Source of the DNA: Thermoanaerobaculia bacterium | GTDB taxonomy: Bacteria; Acidobacteriota; Thermoanaerobaculia; UBA5066 | Assembly (NCBI GenBank): GCA_963719225.1 | Contig: CAVRAY010000001.1 | Coordinates: 2,400,001 to 2,464,000 of the forward strand | DNA: 64,000 nucleotides | Direction of reading: 5' to 3' | Shown here: positions 19,992-28,731 of the stretch, in pieces | Layout: every line of letters begins with the position of its first letter | How positions within the stretch are numbered: the stretch's first letter is position 1 | The notes under the pieces: generated by a model | Databases searched by the model: none | What the model was told of the DNA's origin: nothing | Seen by the model: only the letters and a program-made list of their open reading frames with translations | Position numbers and translations under genes: made by a program

Positions 19992-21293
19992 TCAGCCGCG
20001 CATGCGCGCGGCACCCTTCATCATCTTCTTCATCGACAGGTATTGCTTCAGGAGCTGGTTCACTTCCGGCACCGACGTGCCGGAGCCCTTCGCGATGCGT
20101 TTCTTCCGGCTGCCGTCGAGGAGCTTCGGGTCTTCGCGCTCGGCCGGAGTCATCGAGTCGATCATCGCCTCGAGGCTCTTCGTCGCGTTCTCCGGGATGT
20201 CGAGGTTCGCGAGCCCCTTGAGAGGTCCGACCTTCGGCAGGTGTCCGAGCAGACCGCCCAGAGGACCCATCTTCTTGAGCTGCGACATCTGCTCGCGGAG
20301 GTCGGTCAGAGTGAACGTGTTCTTCCGCAGCTTCTCGGCGGTCCGAAGGGCTGCGGCTTCATCGGTCTCGGCCGAGACCTTCTCGATGAGCGTGAGGACG
20401 TCGCCGAGGCCGAGGAGCCGCGAGGCCGCGCGATCGGGATGAAACAGCTCGAGCTCGCCCACTCTCTCGCCCGTTCCCACGAACTTCAAAGGCTTGCCCA
20501 CGACCGTCGCGATCGAAAGCGCGGCGCCTCCCCGGGCGTCGCCGTCCGTCTTCGTCAGGATCACCCCGGTGAGCGGCAGCTTCGCGGCGAAGGCCTCTGC
20601 CGAGCGCACGGCGTCCTGGCCCGTCATCGCGTCGGCCACGAACAGGATCTCATCGGGCTCGGAGGCGTCACGAATGCGCGCGACCTCGTCCATCAGGACC
20701 TCGTCGATGTGCAACCGTCCCGCGGTGTCCACGATCGCGACGTCGTATCCGAGGAGCCTGGCGTCCTTGACCGCGGACTTCGCGCGGACGACCGCGTCGG
20801 GCTCGCCCTTCGGATCGAACGACATGAGGCCGTTCTCTTTCGCGAGCGTCCGCAGCTGCTCCGTCGCCGCGGGGCGGTGCACGTCGGCGGGGACGAGCAG
20901 CACCTGCTTGCGAAACGAGGTCTTGAGGTGGAGGGCAAGCTTCGCAGCGGTGGTCGTTTTTCCCGAGCCCTGGAGCCCCACGAGGAGGATCACGGAAGGG
21001 CGCTTTTTCAGGGCAAGCGGCGCCTGCTCGCCTCCGAGGACGCGCGTGAGCTCGTCCCTCACGATCTTGATGACCTGCTGCGTCGGCGAGAACGAGGTCA
21101 GGACCTCCTCGCCCACCGCCTTTTCACGCACGCGGGCCGTGAAGTCCTTTACAACCTGCAGGTTGACGTCGGCCTCCAGGAGCGCCGTCCGGATCTCCTT
21201 GAGCGCCTCGTCCACGTGGAACTCGGTGAGGTGTCCCTCGCCGCGAAGCTCCTTGAAGACGCGCTGGAGACGATTTGAGAGGGATTCGAACAT
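19992..21293 (-). CDS. ffh: Signal recognition particle protein
   Basis: MFESLSNRL, GLQGSGKTT, DTAGRL, TKTDGDARGGAALS and an M domain. Confidence 0.97.
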   Translation of the reverse strand: MFESLSNRLQRVFKELRGEGHLTEFHVDEALKEIRTALLEADVNLQVVKDFTARVREKAVGEEVLTSFSPTQQVIKIVRDELTRVLGGEQAPLALKKRPSVILLVGLQGSGKTTTAAKLALHLKTSFRKQVLLVPADVHRPAATEQLRTLAKENGLMSFDPKGEPDAVVRAKSAVKDARLLGYDVAIVDTAGRLHIDEVLMDEVARIRDASEPDEILFVADAMTGQDAVRSAEAFAAKLPLTGVILTKTDGDARGGAALSIATVVGKPLKFVGTGERVGELELFHPDRAASRLLGLGDVLTLIEKVSAETDEAAALRTAEKLRKNTFTLTDLREQMSQLKKMGPLGGLLGHLPKVGPLKGLANLDIPENATKSLEAMIDSMTPAEREDPKLLDGSRKKRIAKGSGTSVPEVNQLLKQYLSMKKMMKGAARMRG

Positions 21294-21358
21294 CGCCCGG
21301 GCTGCGGAGTCTATCAGGCCGGAGAGAGCGGCTCTGAGAGTCCAACTCATTCATGGGC

Positions 21359-21386
21359 TTGACAGAACGCGGGATTCCCGTATCCT
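21359..21386 (+). promoter_or_regulatory. Sigma70-type promoter with a palindrome in the spacer
   Basis: TTGACA-N16-TATCCT; the spacer contains CGGGA-T-TCCCG. Confidence 0.6.
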
Positions 21387-21523
21387 CTCTGCGAAGCTCG
21401 AGGCGGTACGAACCGTCTACTAGGTGTCTGTGTCCGTCAAGGACGACCCTCGAGTCCCGGATTTTTATCGCTCAGACAGGCCTTCAACGACCTGATCGAT
21501 CACACATTAAGGAGTACCCCGAA

Positions 21524-21754
21524 ATGAAGAAGCTCACGTCCGCCCTCGCCCTCGTCGCCGTCGCAGCGTCTCTCGTCGCCTGCAACAAGCCCGAGGAGAA
21601 GAAGACCGAAATCAAGGTTGAGGCTCCCAAGGTCGTCGAGGAGACCAAGACGACCACCACGAGCACGATGACCACGGCCCCCATGGCCGGGACGGCCTCC
21701 ACGACCTCCACGACCACCACGACCACGACGTCCGCCGCTCCCGCCACGAAGTAA
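21524..21754 (+). CDS. Small Thr-rich lipoprotein (76 aa)
   Basis: TAAGGAG SD; MKKLTSALALVAVAASLVAC lipobox; low-complexity Thr tail. Confidence 0.85.
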   Translation: MKKLTSALALVAVAASLVACNKPEEKKTEIKVEAPKVVEETKTTTTSTMTTAPMAGTASTTSTTTTTTTSAAPATK

Positions 21755-21779
21755 GCGGCGAGCTCCCAGGAACATCGAG

Positions 21780-21810
21780 ACGCCCCGGCGAGCCGGGGCG
21801 TTTTCGTTTT
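21780..21810 (+). terminator. Rho-independent terminator
   Basis: ACGCCCCGG-CGAG-CCGGGGCGT stem followed by TTTCGTTTT. Confidence 0.85.
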
Positions 21811-21850
21811 CGGGCACCCGACTTGCTAAACGGACGGACCGGAGGAACCG

Positions 21851-22663
21851 ATGAAGATTTCGTCGCTCTTTGGGGCCTCCCTTCTGGGTGCTCTCTGCCT
21901 TTCCGCGCTGCGCTCCCCCGCGGACACGATCTCGTCGATGGATTCGTTCCTCCCGGCCGTCCACATCAACGGAGCCAGCGGCGTTTTTCGAACCGACGTG
22001 ACGATCTTCAATCCGGATCCGTCCGCCGCCGCCGCCGTCGATCTCTATTACACGGAAGCCGACCGAGACGGTTCTTCGAGTATCCCGTACCCCATTCCCG
22101 GCGATCTCGGACCGCGCTCCTCGGTCACGCTTACGGACGTCGTCCTTTCCACGTTCGGTTTCGGGTCGAGCTACGGCCTGATCGACATCAAGAGCTCTCT
22201 GCCGATCCACGTCACGAGCAACACGTACAACGTCGCCGGCGCCGTGCCGGGCACGTACGGACAGTTTTCGCCCGGCCAGCCGAAGCGAAACGCCGTCGGA
22301 TTCGACAACTCCATTCTCGGCGACCTGTATCTCACGGGAATCCCGAATGACTCGAATCACCGGACGAACGCCGTGGTCATGAATCCGACCGAGTTCCCGC
22401 TCGAGGCCGGCCTCGAGCTCGTGGACCGGGATGGCAACCCGTACAAAACGGTCCTCGTCAACGTCCCTCCGTTCTCGCTCCATCAGCTCAACGACATCTT
22501 TCACGACGCCTTCGCCTCGGCCTCTCCTCCGGTGGGCGGCCCGTGGCGTCTCACCGTTTTCGTCAATTCCTCGAACGGTGCGCAGGCTCTCTGTTATGCG
22601 ACGGTGACCGATCTGCGTACGGGAGATCCGTACCTCCTGACCGGCCAGCTCGCTCGTCCCTGA
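21851..22663 (+). CDS. Secreted hypothetical protein
   Basis: GGAGG SD and signal peptide; G..FRTDVTIFNP, RTNAVVMNP and YATVTD..TGDP motifs resemble those of the ORF at 62981-64000. Confidence 0.8.
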   Translation: MKISSLFGASLLGALCLSALRSPADTISSMDSFLPAVHINGASGVFRTDVTIFNPDPSAAAAVDLYYTEADRDGSSSIPYPIPGDLGPRSSVTLTDVVLSTFGFGSSYGLIDIKSSLPIHVTSNTYNVAGAVPGTYGQFSPGQPKRNAVGFDNSILGDLYLTGIPNDSNHRTNAVVMNPTEFPLEAGLELVDRDGNPYKTVLVNVPPFSLHQLNDIFHDAFASASPPVGGPWRLTVFVNSSNGAQALCYATVTDLRTGDPYLLTGQLARP

Positions 22664-22675
22664 GGAGGGTTCCGG

Positions 22676-23662
22676 CTGCGTACTCTCCTCGTCGACCTCG
22701 GCAACGTCCTCGTCCGGTTCGATCACGACGTGACGCTCCGGCGAATCGAGGCGGCCACCGGCGTGCCTTCCGCGGCCCTGCGTCCGCACCTCTTCGGGCC
22801 GATCGAGCACGAATTCGATCTCGGACGGATGCCGGCGGCGGCCTTCTTTCGCGCGGCCGAGCGTGCCGCGGGGATTCCCCGGCTCGACGACGACCTCTGG
22901 ATTCCGGCCTGGCGCGATATTTTCACGGTCGTTCCCGCGGCTCTCTCCGCGCTACGCCAACTCGAGCCTGACGTCGTGCCCATTCTCGTCTCCAACACGA
23001 ATGCTCTTCACTGGGAAGGTGTGCTGCTCGTCGCTCCGGAGCTGCCTCGCCTCGTCCCCCTTCGGGCACTTTCCTTCGAGGTCGGCGCCGCGAAGCCCGA
23101 TCCCGCGCACTTTCACGCCGCCCTCGCGCGCGCCGGAGCGCGGTCCGAAGACGCTCTCTACGCCGACGACCGGCCCGACCTCGTCGAGGCGGCGCGGGGC
23201 CTCGGCATCGACGGATTCGTCGTGGCCGATCCCGAGCTGTTCGCGGACGAGCTTCGCGACCGCGGCTTCCTCGCGCCGTCACCCGCGCACCTGCCCTCGC
23301 CGCCGGCGCACTTCGGGGGCGCCTCCTCACCGCACTTCGTGAAAGGCGTCACGGAGTTCCGGGCGGCGCGTTTCTTCGAGGCTCACGAAGAATGGGAACG
23401 GCTCTGGAAGGAAAGCAAAGGCGACGACAAGGTCTTTCTGCAGGCGCTCATCCAGCTCGCCGCGGCGTGCGTCCACATCGGGCGTGGCAACGCCGCGCCG
23501 GCGAAACGCCTTCTGGAGCTCGCGAAGGCGAAGCTGGATCGGTTCGGGAAGGAAGAGGGGGAAATAAACCTTGGATTTCTTAGAAAGGAAATCGGATCGG
23601 CCCTCGCGGAGGCTCCTGAGGCCCTTCTACGGGTCGATTTGCGCAGCTGGTTTCCAATGTGA
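22676..23662 (+). CDS. HAD-family hydrolase fused to a C-terminal DUF309-like domain (probable CTG start)
   Basis: HAD motif I (LLVDLGNVL) lies upstream of the listed GTG; SNTN, KPDP and DDR motifs; C-terminal FFEAHEEWE..W..LQALIQLAAA. Confidence 0.8.
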   Translation: MRTLLVDLGNVLVRFDHDVTLRRIEAATGVPSAALRPHLFGPIEHEFDLGRMPAAAFFRAAERAAGIPRLDDDLWIPAWRDIFTVVPAALSALRQLEPDVVPILVSNTNALHWEGVLLVAPELPRLVPLRALSFEVGAAKPDPAHFHAALARAGARSEDALYADDRPDLVEAARGLGIDGFVVADPELFADELRDRGFLAPSPAHLPSPPAHFGGASSPHFVKGVTEFRAARFFEAHEEWERLWKESKGDDKVFLQALIQLAAACVHIGRGNAAPAKRLLELAKAKLDRFGKEEGEINLGFLRKEIGSALAEAPEALLRVDLRSWFPM

Positions 23663-23724
23663 CGGCGCGCGCGGCGCCCCTGTTCCCCTCCAAGAAATCT
23701 CTTTCTCTCTCTTCTTCCTAAGCA
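23577..23724. repeat. Inverted motif pair TTCTTAGAA (23577) / TCCTAAGCA (23716), 139 bp apart
   Basis: Read directly; the right site has one mismatch and lies in a pyrimidine tract. Confidence 0.75.
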
Positions 23725-25052
23725 AAATCTCCTTCTTTTTCCGGCACCCTCGGCAAGACGCCAGCCGCGCGCGCGGCGACTTCCGAGAGGAGCGTTCCGT
23801 CCGGCATGCGGCTCGCCGCGCCGTGCATTCCGCGCTGGCCGACGCCGAGGCGCGCGAGCGCTTCGCCGACGCGCCCGGAAATGCCGCGCGGGCGCGACCA
23901 GCCCGCAGCGGCTTCTTCGAGGACCACCCGGTAGGCCTCGGCAATGCGCTCGGGCCGCCGGGGCACGCCCCAGACCGACGCGGCGCGTCCCCTCTCAGGG
24001 GCGAGATCCGGCTCGAACGCGAGCCGCTCCATGGTCTGCGCGAGACGCGCGACCTCGTCGCCGCCGACCGGGATCTTGTCGGCAAACGCGTCTGGCAGCT
24101 CGCGGAACCAGCCCGTGTCCGACACGACGAGCGGCAGTCCGAAGCCGGCGAGACGGCACACGGCGTGGGAGGTCTCTCCCATCGTAGGATGGCGCAGGTT
24201 CACGGCGAAGGTCGCGGCGGAGGCCGCGCGCCAGAGGTCCACCTCGGACAGATAGCCGCCGAACCTCACGTCCTCCTGGAGGCCGCTCTCACGCACGGTG
24301 GATCGGAGGGCGTCGTCGTCCGCCACGGCTCCGCCGATGAAGAAGAAGGGCCGGCGCCCGGGCGGAAGCGTCGCGAGCGCCTCGAGGATCTTCGCGATGC
24401 GCTTGGCGGGCGACACGATCCCGAGCGTGATCCCGGCCGGCCGGTCCCGCGGGAAGCCGAGGGCCTCGCGCGCCTCGAGGATTGGCGTCCGCGGGGCGGG
24501 CGCGACGTGCTGCGGGATCGTGAGGGCGCGGGTGCCTGGGCACTCCGCGAGAACCGCGCCGGTCACGAGCTTCGAATGCGAGACGACCGCTTCGGCGGCA
24601 CGGATCACTCCCGCGGACATCGGATAGCGCCACGGGTCGAGGTCCCAGACCGGGACGCAGGAGCCATCCCTGAGCGTCGCGGCAAACGCCATCCCGCGCA
24701 CGCCATGCGCCCGTTCCAGCTCGCGGACGTAGTCGCCGGACCGTGAGCGCGTGAGGTACGCCGCCGCGAAGAGATGGTGGAGGACGAACTCGTGGAGAAC
24801 CACGACCGCCGGAGTCCGGCGTTCCGGATCGAAGAGCGCCTCGACGGACGGCGCGTGAAGCGGATCGTTGCCGATCTGGACGAGGAGCACGTCGTGGTTC
24901 GCCTTCAGCGCGGCGGCCGCGTTCGCGGGTTCGTACGAAGAGACCGAAAGAGAGGGATTCTTAGAAAGTGAAGAGAGGATCTCTGCGTCGTAGTCCGCGA
25001 TGCCGGAGCGCGTGGGTGGGAGAGGGCCGATGAAACCTACCGAGAGGGGCAT
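23718..25052 (-). CDS. Glycosyltransferase family 4
   Basis: PLPPTRSGIADY, NLRHPTMGETS and VVSDTGWFREL. Confidence 0.88.
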   Translation of the reverse strand: MPLSVGFIGPLPPTRSGIADYDAEILSSLSKNPSLSVSSYEPANAAAALKANHDVLLVQIGNDPLHAPSVEALFDPERRTPAVVVLHEFVLHHLFAAAYLTRSRSGDYVRELERAHGVRGMAFAATLRDGSCVPVWDLDPWRYPMSAGVIRAAEAVVSHSKLVTGAVLAECPGTRALTIPQHVAPAPRTPILEAREALGFPRDRPAGITLGIVSPAKRIAKILEALATLPPGRRPFFFIGGAVADDDALRSTVRESGLQEDVRFGGYLSEVDLWRAASAATFAVNLRHPTMGETSHAVCRLAGFGLPLVVSDTGWFRELPDAFADKIPVGGDEVARLAQTMERLAFEPDLAPERGRAASVWGVPRRPERIAEAYRVVLEEAAAGWSRPRGISGRVGEALARLGVGQRGMHGAASRMPDGTLLSEVAARAAGVLPRVPEKEGDFA

Positions 25053-25103
25053 TTATCGAATTCCGCCCGCATCGAGCAGCGCCCGCACGGCATTTTCCCA
25101 GGA
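24958..25103. repeat. Motif TTCTTAGAA (24958) with a degenerate partner TTCCCAGGA (25095), 137 bp apart
   Basis: Left site is exact. The right site has two core mismatches but keeps the GATCCCTCTT flank. Confidence 0.5.
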
Positions 25104-26090
25104 GATCCCTCTTACCCTTTCAAAGCCTCTTTCTCCGAATTCCCTCGATTTCTGCGCGTCCGCAAGAAGAGCTGTTGCCGACTCGGCGAGGGCTTCCGCG
25201 CTCGGCGCGACGACGCGGCCGTTCTCCCTGTCGACGACGAACTCCAGCGGCCCGCCCGAGTCCGTGCACGTCACGACGGGCTTCTTCGACAGGAACGCCT
25301 CGAGCGCGATGTAGCCATAGTCCTCGTCGGCCGGCGGAAAGATCACGACACCGCAGGTCGCGTAGAGACCGAGGAGCTCGTCGTCGGACACGCGCCCGGC
25401 GAAGCGAATTTCGGCGCCGCTCTTTCCGGCAAGAGCTTCCAACCTGGCGCGGTCGGCGCCGTCACCCGCGATGACGAGCCGGAATCTCCCGGCTGCGGCC
25501 GCCGCGATCGCGAGATCCACCCGCTTCCACGCGTCGAGCCGGCCGGCCACGAGCGCAAATCCTCTCGAGACCTCGCACCGATAGCGTCCCGCGAGCGGCG
25601 GCGGATGATAGAGAGCCTCCGCCTCGATCCCGTTGAACCGCGCGAGCCGGTCCGCGGTGTTCTTCGCGTTCGTGAAGATCTTGCGCGCTTCCGAGAGGCC
25701 CGTGCGATCCGCTTCGGCGATCAGCTCGCGCCAGCGCGAGTCCTCGGGCGAGGCGGTGAAATCGCTCTGGGAGGTGCCGAAGCGGTCGTAGGCCTGGCGG
25801 AACTGATGGATCAGCCAGACGACCTTGTTCTCGTGCCTCACGAGGTAGGACGGGAACTTCATGGGGATGACGAGATCGACGCGCTTGCCGTCCGCTTCCG
25901 AAACGTCGAGAAGCCTCCACGCGAGCGCCGAGGTCAGAATCTCCGCGCGCGGGTACCACTTGAACGGAAGGCGCACGAGGTCGGCCTCGTGACCGGAGGC
26001 GGCGATCTCGCGCACGAGCCCCTCGGCGTGACGTTCGGCGCCGCCGGAGGAGAACGGCACCTGCGCCGTGCAGACGAGGACGCGCGCCAT
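25053..26090 (-). CDS. Glycosyltransferase family 4
   Basis: PFSSGGAE, GRLDAWKRVD and EDYGYIALEAF. Confidence 0.9.
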   Translation of the reverse strand: MARVLVCTAQVPFSSGGAERHAEGLVREIAASGHEADLVRLPFKWYPRAEILTSALAWRLLDVSEADGKRVDLVIPMKFPSYLVRHENKVVWLIHQFRQAYDRFGTSQSDFTASPEDSRWRELIAEADRTGLSEARKIFTNAKNTADRLARFNGIEAEALYHPPPLAGRYRCEVSRGFALVAGRLDAWKRVDLAIAAAAAGRFRLVIAGDGADRARLEALAGKSGAEIRFAGRVSDDELLGLYATCGVVIFPPADEDYGYIALEAFLSKKPVVTCTDSGGPLEFVVDRENGRVVAPSAEALAESATALLADAQKSREFGERGFERVRGISWENAVRALLDAGGIR

Positions 26091-26098
26091 CCCTTCCC

Positions 26099-27445
26099 CT
26101 ACTTCACGCCCGTGACGGCGTAATCCTGCGGGGCGAAAAGAAGGCGCGCGAGCGGTGCGAACCGTGGGTCGTCGGCGAGACCCCTGGGCAGCCCCTCCGA
26201 CTCCGGAACGGGAGAGCGGAAGCCCACTTCGACGTCCCGGAACCCGGACGCCGTCAGGAGCCGTGCGAGCGAAGGCGCGGGGACCGGCCTCACGTGCGTG
26301 AGGTCCATCCAGAACCAGCGCATCGCATAGACGGACTCGGGATTGATCGTCTCGAAAAGCACGCGGCCGGTCGGCGCGAGCTTCCGGAGGGCGAGCTCCA
26401 CGAGGTCGAAGAGGGACGCGGCCGGAAGGTGCTCGACGACCTGGAAGGCCGTCACGCCCCCGAGTGAGGAGTCCGCGCGGGCAGCGAGCCACGTGAAGAG
26501 GTCGGCTTGATCCACCGCGAGCTTCTTCTCTTTCGCGCGCGCGGCCATCACGGGGTTCGCGTCGCAGCCGATCGCGGCGACTCCCTCGGCGGTCAGAGCC
26601 TCGAGGAACTCTCCGCGCCCGCAGCCGAGGTCGGCGACGGGCCCGGGCGCGCCGCGAAAACGGGCGGCGTCGCTCGCCTGGCGGGCACGAATCTCCTCTT
26701 CGCTTCCCCGGAAATGCTCCTCGAAGTCGGCGTAGAGACCCGCGCGCAGGGGGTCGTCGGCACGCACCGCGGAATCCGCAGCCTGCCCACGCGCGACGGG
26801 TGAGGGCCGGGCTTCGGAGAGGTTCTGCAAATTGCTTCGAAGGGAGGACCAATCGAGGCGCAGCATCCGGAGGCCTTCGTTCGCCTCTTCGACCTTTCCA
26901 AGAATCCCCCGGGTTTCCTCCGCCGACCGTTCCCTCTCCCGCGCGAGCGCCTCGAAGCGCTGGTCGCGGTCCTTTTCGAGCGCGTCCAGCCGGCGCTGGC
27001 TCGCTCGGAGCTCCTCGCCCGCGCTCTCGCGTGCTTCGCTCTCGCGCGCGAGCCGCGCGTTGAAGCCTTCGTCGCTCTCCGTGATCTGCCGCAGGACGGC
27101 CTCCGTCTCGAGAAGCGCGCCGCGGAGGGATTCGAGGAGCGCGGAGTTGAATGTCGTCTGGTCCCGCGTGACGATCCTGAGGACGCGCAGCAGCGCGGCC
27201 TTGAGCGGCCGCAGAGAGGCGCCGGCCGGCAGCACGGGGGCGACGAAGCGTCCCGCGTTTTCCAGCATCGTTCGCGGCCCCGTGTACGCGGGGACGCCCG
27301 GCGAGGGGGCGGACCGTTGGGCCGGCGCGTTCGTCGGCGCGAGACCCGAGCCGGAGAAAGCCGCGAGCGACGTGATCTGCTCCGCAAGCTCGGCGGCCAG
27401 GGCCGCGACGTCGCGTTTCGCCGCGTCCTCGGGCTTTCCGCTCAT
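26099..27445 (-). CDS. Class I SAM-dependent methyltransferase with coiled-coil N-terminus (surface-glycan locus)
   Basis: FEEHFRGS, DLGCGRGEFL, FQVVEHL, ETINP and DLTHVRP. Confidence 0.88.
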   Translation of the reverse strand: MSGKPEDAAKRDVAALAAELAEQITSLAAFSGSGLAPTNAPAQRSAPSPGVPAYTGPRTMLENAGRFVAPVLPAGASLRPLKAALLRVLRIVTRDQTTFNSALLESLRGALLETEAVLRQITESDEGFNARLARESEARESAGEELRASQRRLDALEKDRDQRFEALARERERSAEETRGILGKVEEANEGLRMLRLDWSSLRSNLQNLSEARPSPVARGQAADSAVRADDPLRAGLYADFEEHFRGSEEEIRARQASDAARFRGAPGPVADLGCGRGEFLEALTAEGVAAIGCDANPVMAARAKEKKLAVDQADLFTWLAARADSSLGGVTAFQVVEHLPAASLFDLVELALRKLAPTGRVLFETINPESVYAMRWFWMDLTHVRPVPAPSLARLLTASGFRDVEVGFRSPVPESEGLPRGLADDPRFAPLARLLFAPQDYAVTGVK

Positions 27446-27485
27446 GCGTCGCTTATATTAAGCGCGAATGATCGGAAGGAGACTC

Positions 27486-27608
27486 ATGGAGAAGCTTCGG
27501 AGCACGGCGGCGCGCTACGACTACCTGATTCCGTGGCTCGTGCTCGTCCTCGTCGTGGGGATCACGGCAGGCGTCCTTCAGGTCCTCATCGTCAAGCTGC
27601 TGCGCTGA
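27486..27608 (+). CDS. Putative 40-aa single-pass membrane protein
   Basis: AAGGAG SD; MEKLRSTAARYDYLIPWLVLVLVVGITAGVLQVLIVKLLR; GC3-rich codons. Below the ORF-track cut-off. Confidence 0.65.
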   Translation: MEKLRSTAARYDYLIPWLVLVLVVGITAGVLQVLIVKLLR

Positions 27609-28686
27609 CGCGGGCGTCTCGGGCGAGGGAGCGCAGCACGCGAACGAGCATCACCCCCACGGCGAGCGCCATCGGACCGACGAAGACCCCCAGGAGCCCG
27701 AACGCCGGTATTCCCCCGAAAACGCCCAGGAAGACCATGAGGGTCGAGAGATCCGAGTCCTTTCGGCCGATGAGGAGAGGCTTGAGGACGTTGTCGGCGA
27801 GCAGGGACGTGACGAGCACGTTCCAGAGCAGAAAGCCGATCGCCATCCCCGTGCGACCCTGAATGAACAGTGCGACGAGACCGGGCAGCCAGACGATGGC
27901 CGTCCCTCCCACGGGAAGGAGCGAGAGGACCCCCATCGCGACGCCCGCGAGAATCGCGGAAGGAAGGCCGGCGGCCGCCCACGAGAGCCCGCCGGAGGCG
28001 CCCTGCACCATGGCGCATACGAGCGAGCCCTTGAAGATGGCCTCGAGCATTCCACCCAGAGACTGGACGATCCGGTGGCGCTCCGCATCCTCGATCGGAA
28101 AAAGGTCGCTGACCGCCTCCGCCAGGTCCTCTCCGTCGATCAGCAGGAAGAAAAGCAGGAAGAGCGTCAGGAAGAAGTTGATCAGCGCCTCGAGAAAGGA
28201 CAGCGCAACGTCGCCGCTCTTGGCCGCGAGAAACGCCGACGCCTTCGTCGCGAACTCGGCTCCCCGCGCCTGCATCTCGTCCGAGGAGAGACCCGTGCGC
28301 GTCTCGATCCACGTCAGCGCCGGCCCGACCCCCGGCAACGTCGCGAGATCGCCGAGCGTCCGCAGCTCGCGGGCGCGAAGCTTCTCCCCGATCGCCGTGA
28401 CCGCGGCGGAGGCCTGATTCACGATCGCCTTGCCGAGGAGAACGGCCGGAAGCAGGACCACGATCCCCGTCGAGATCGAGAGGATGGCCGCCGTCAGGCC
28501 TGGCCGCCCCGGCACGCGCGCCTTGAAGCGCCCCCACAGGGGCCAGAGAGCGACCGCGAGGATGACACTCCAGGCGATCGACGTCAGGAACGGGCGGAGG
28601 ACGACGAAGCAAAGAATCCCCGTCCCGAGGACGAGGAGAAAAAAGAAGGCTAGCGGGTAGGTACGGCCCTCTGCGCGCGCGGTCAT
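27592..28686 (-). CDS. AI-2E family transporter
   Basis: LFFLLIDGE, P.GGTAIVWLP, DNVLKP and FGLLGVFVGP. Confidence 0.9.
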   Translation of the reverse strand: MTARAEGRTYPLAFFFLLVLGTGILCFVVLRPFLTSIAWSVILAVALWPLWGRFKARVPGRPGLTAAILSISTGIVVLLPAVLLGKAIVNQASAAVTAIGEKLRARELRTLGDLATLPGVGPALTWIETRTGLSSDEMQARGAEFATKASAFLAAKSGDVALSFLEALINFFLTLFLLFFLLIDGEDLAEAVSDLFPIEDAERHRIVQSLGGMLEAIFKGSLVCAMVQGASGGLSWAAAGLPSAILAGVAMGVLSLLPVGGTAIVWLPGLVALFIQGRTGMAIGFLLWNVLVTSLLADNVLKPLLIGRKDSDLSTLMVFLGVFGGIPAFGLLGVFVGPMALAVGVMLVRVLRSLARDARVSAAA

Positions 28687-28731
28687 CGGACGGGAAGGAT
28701 CATACGAAATGGCTTGCTAGACTGAAGTGTC

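Noticed and set aside
21640-21750. ACC/ACG repeats in the small lipoprotein gene
   Set aside because: This is ordinary Thr low-complexity coding sequence.
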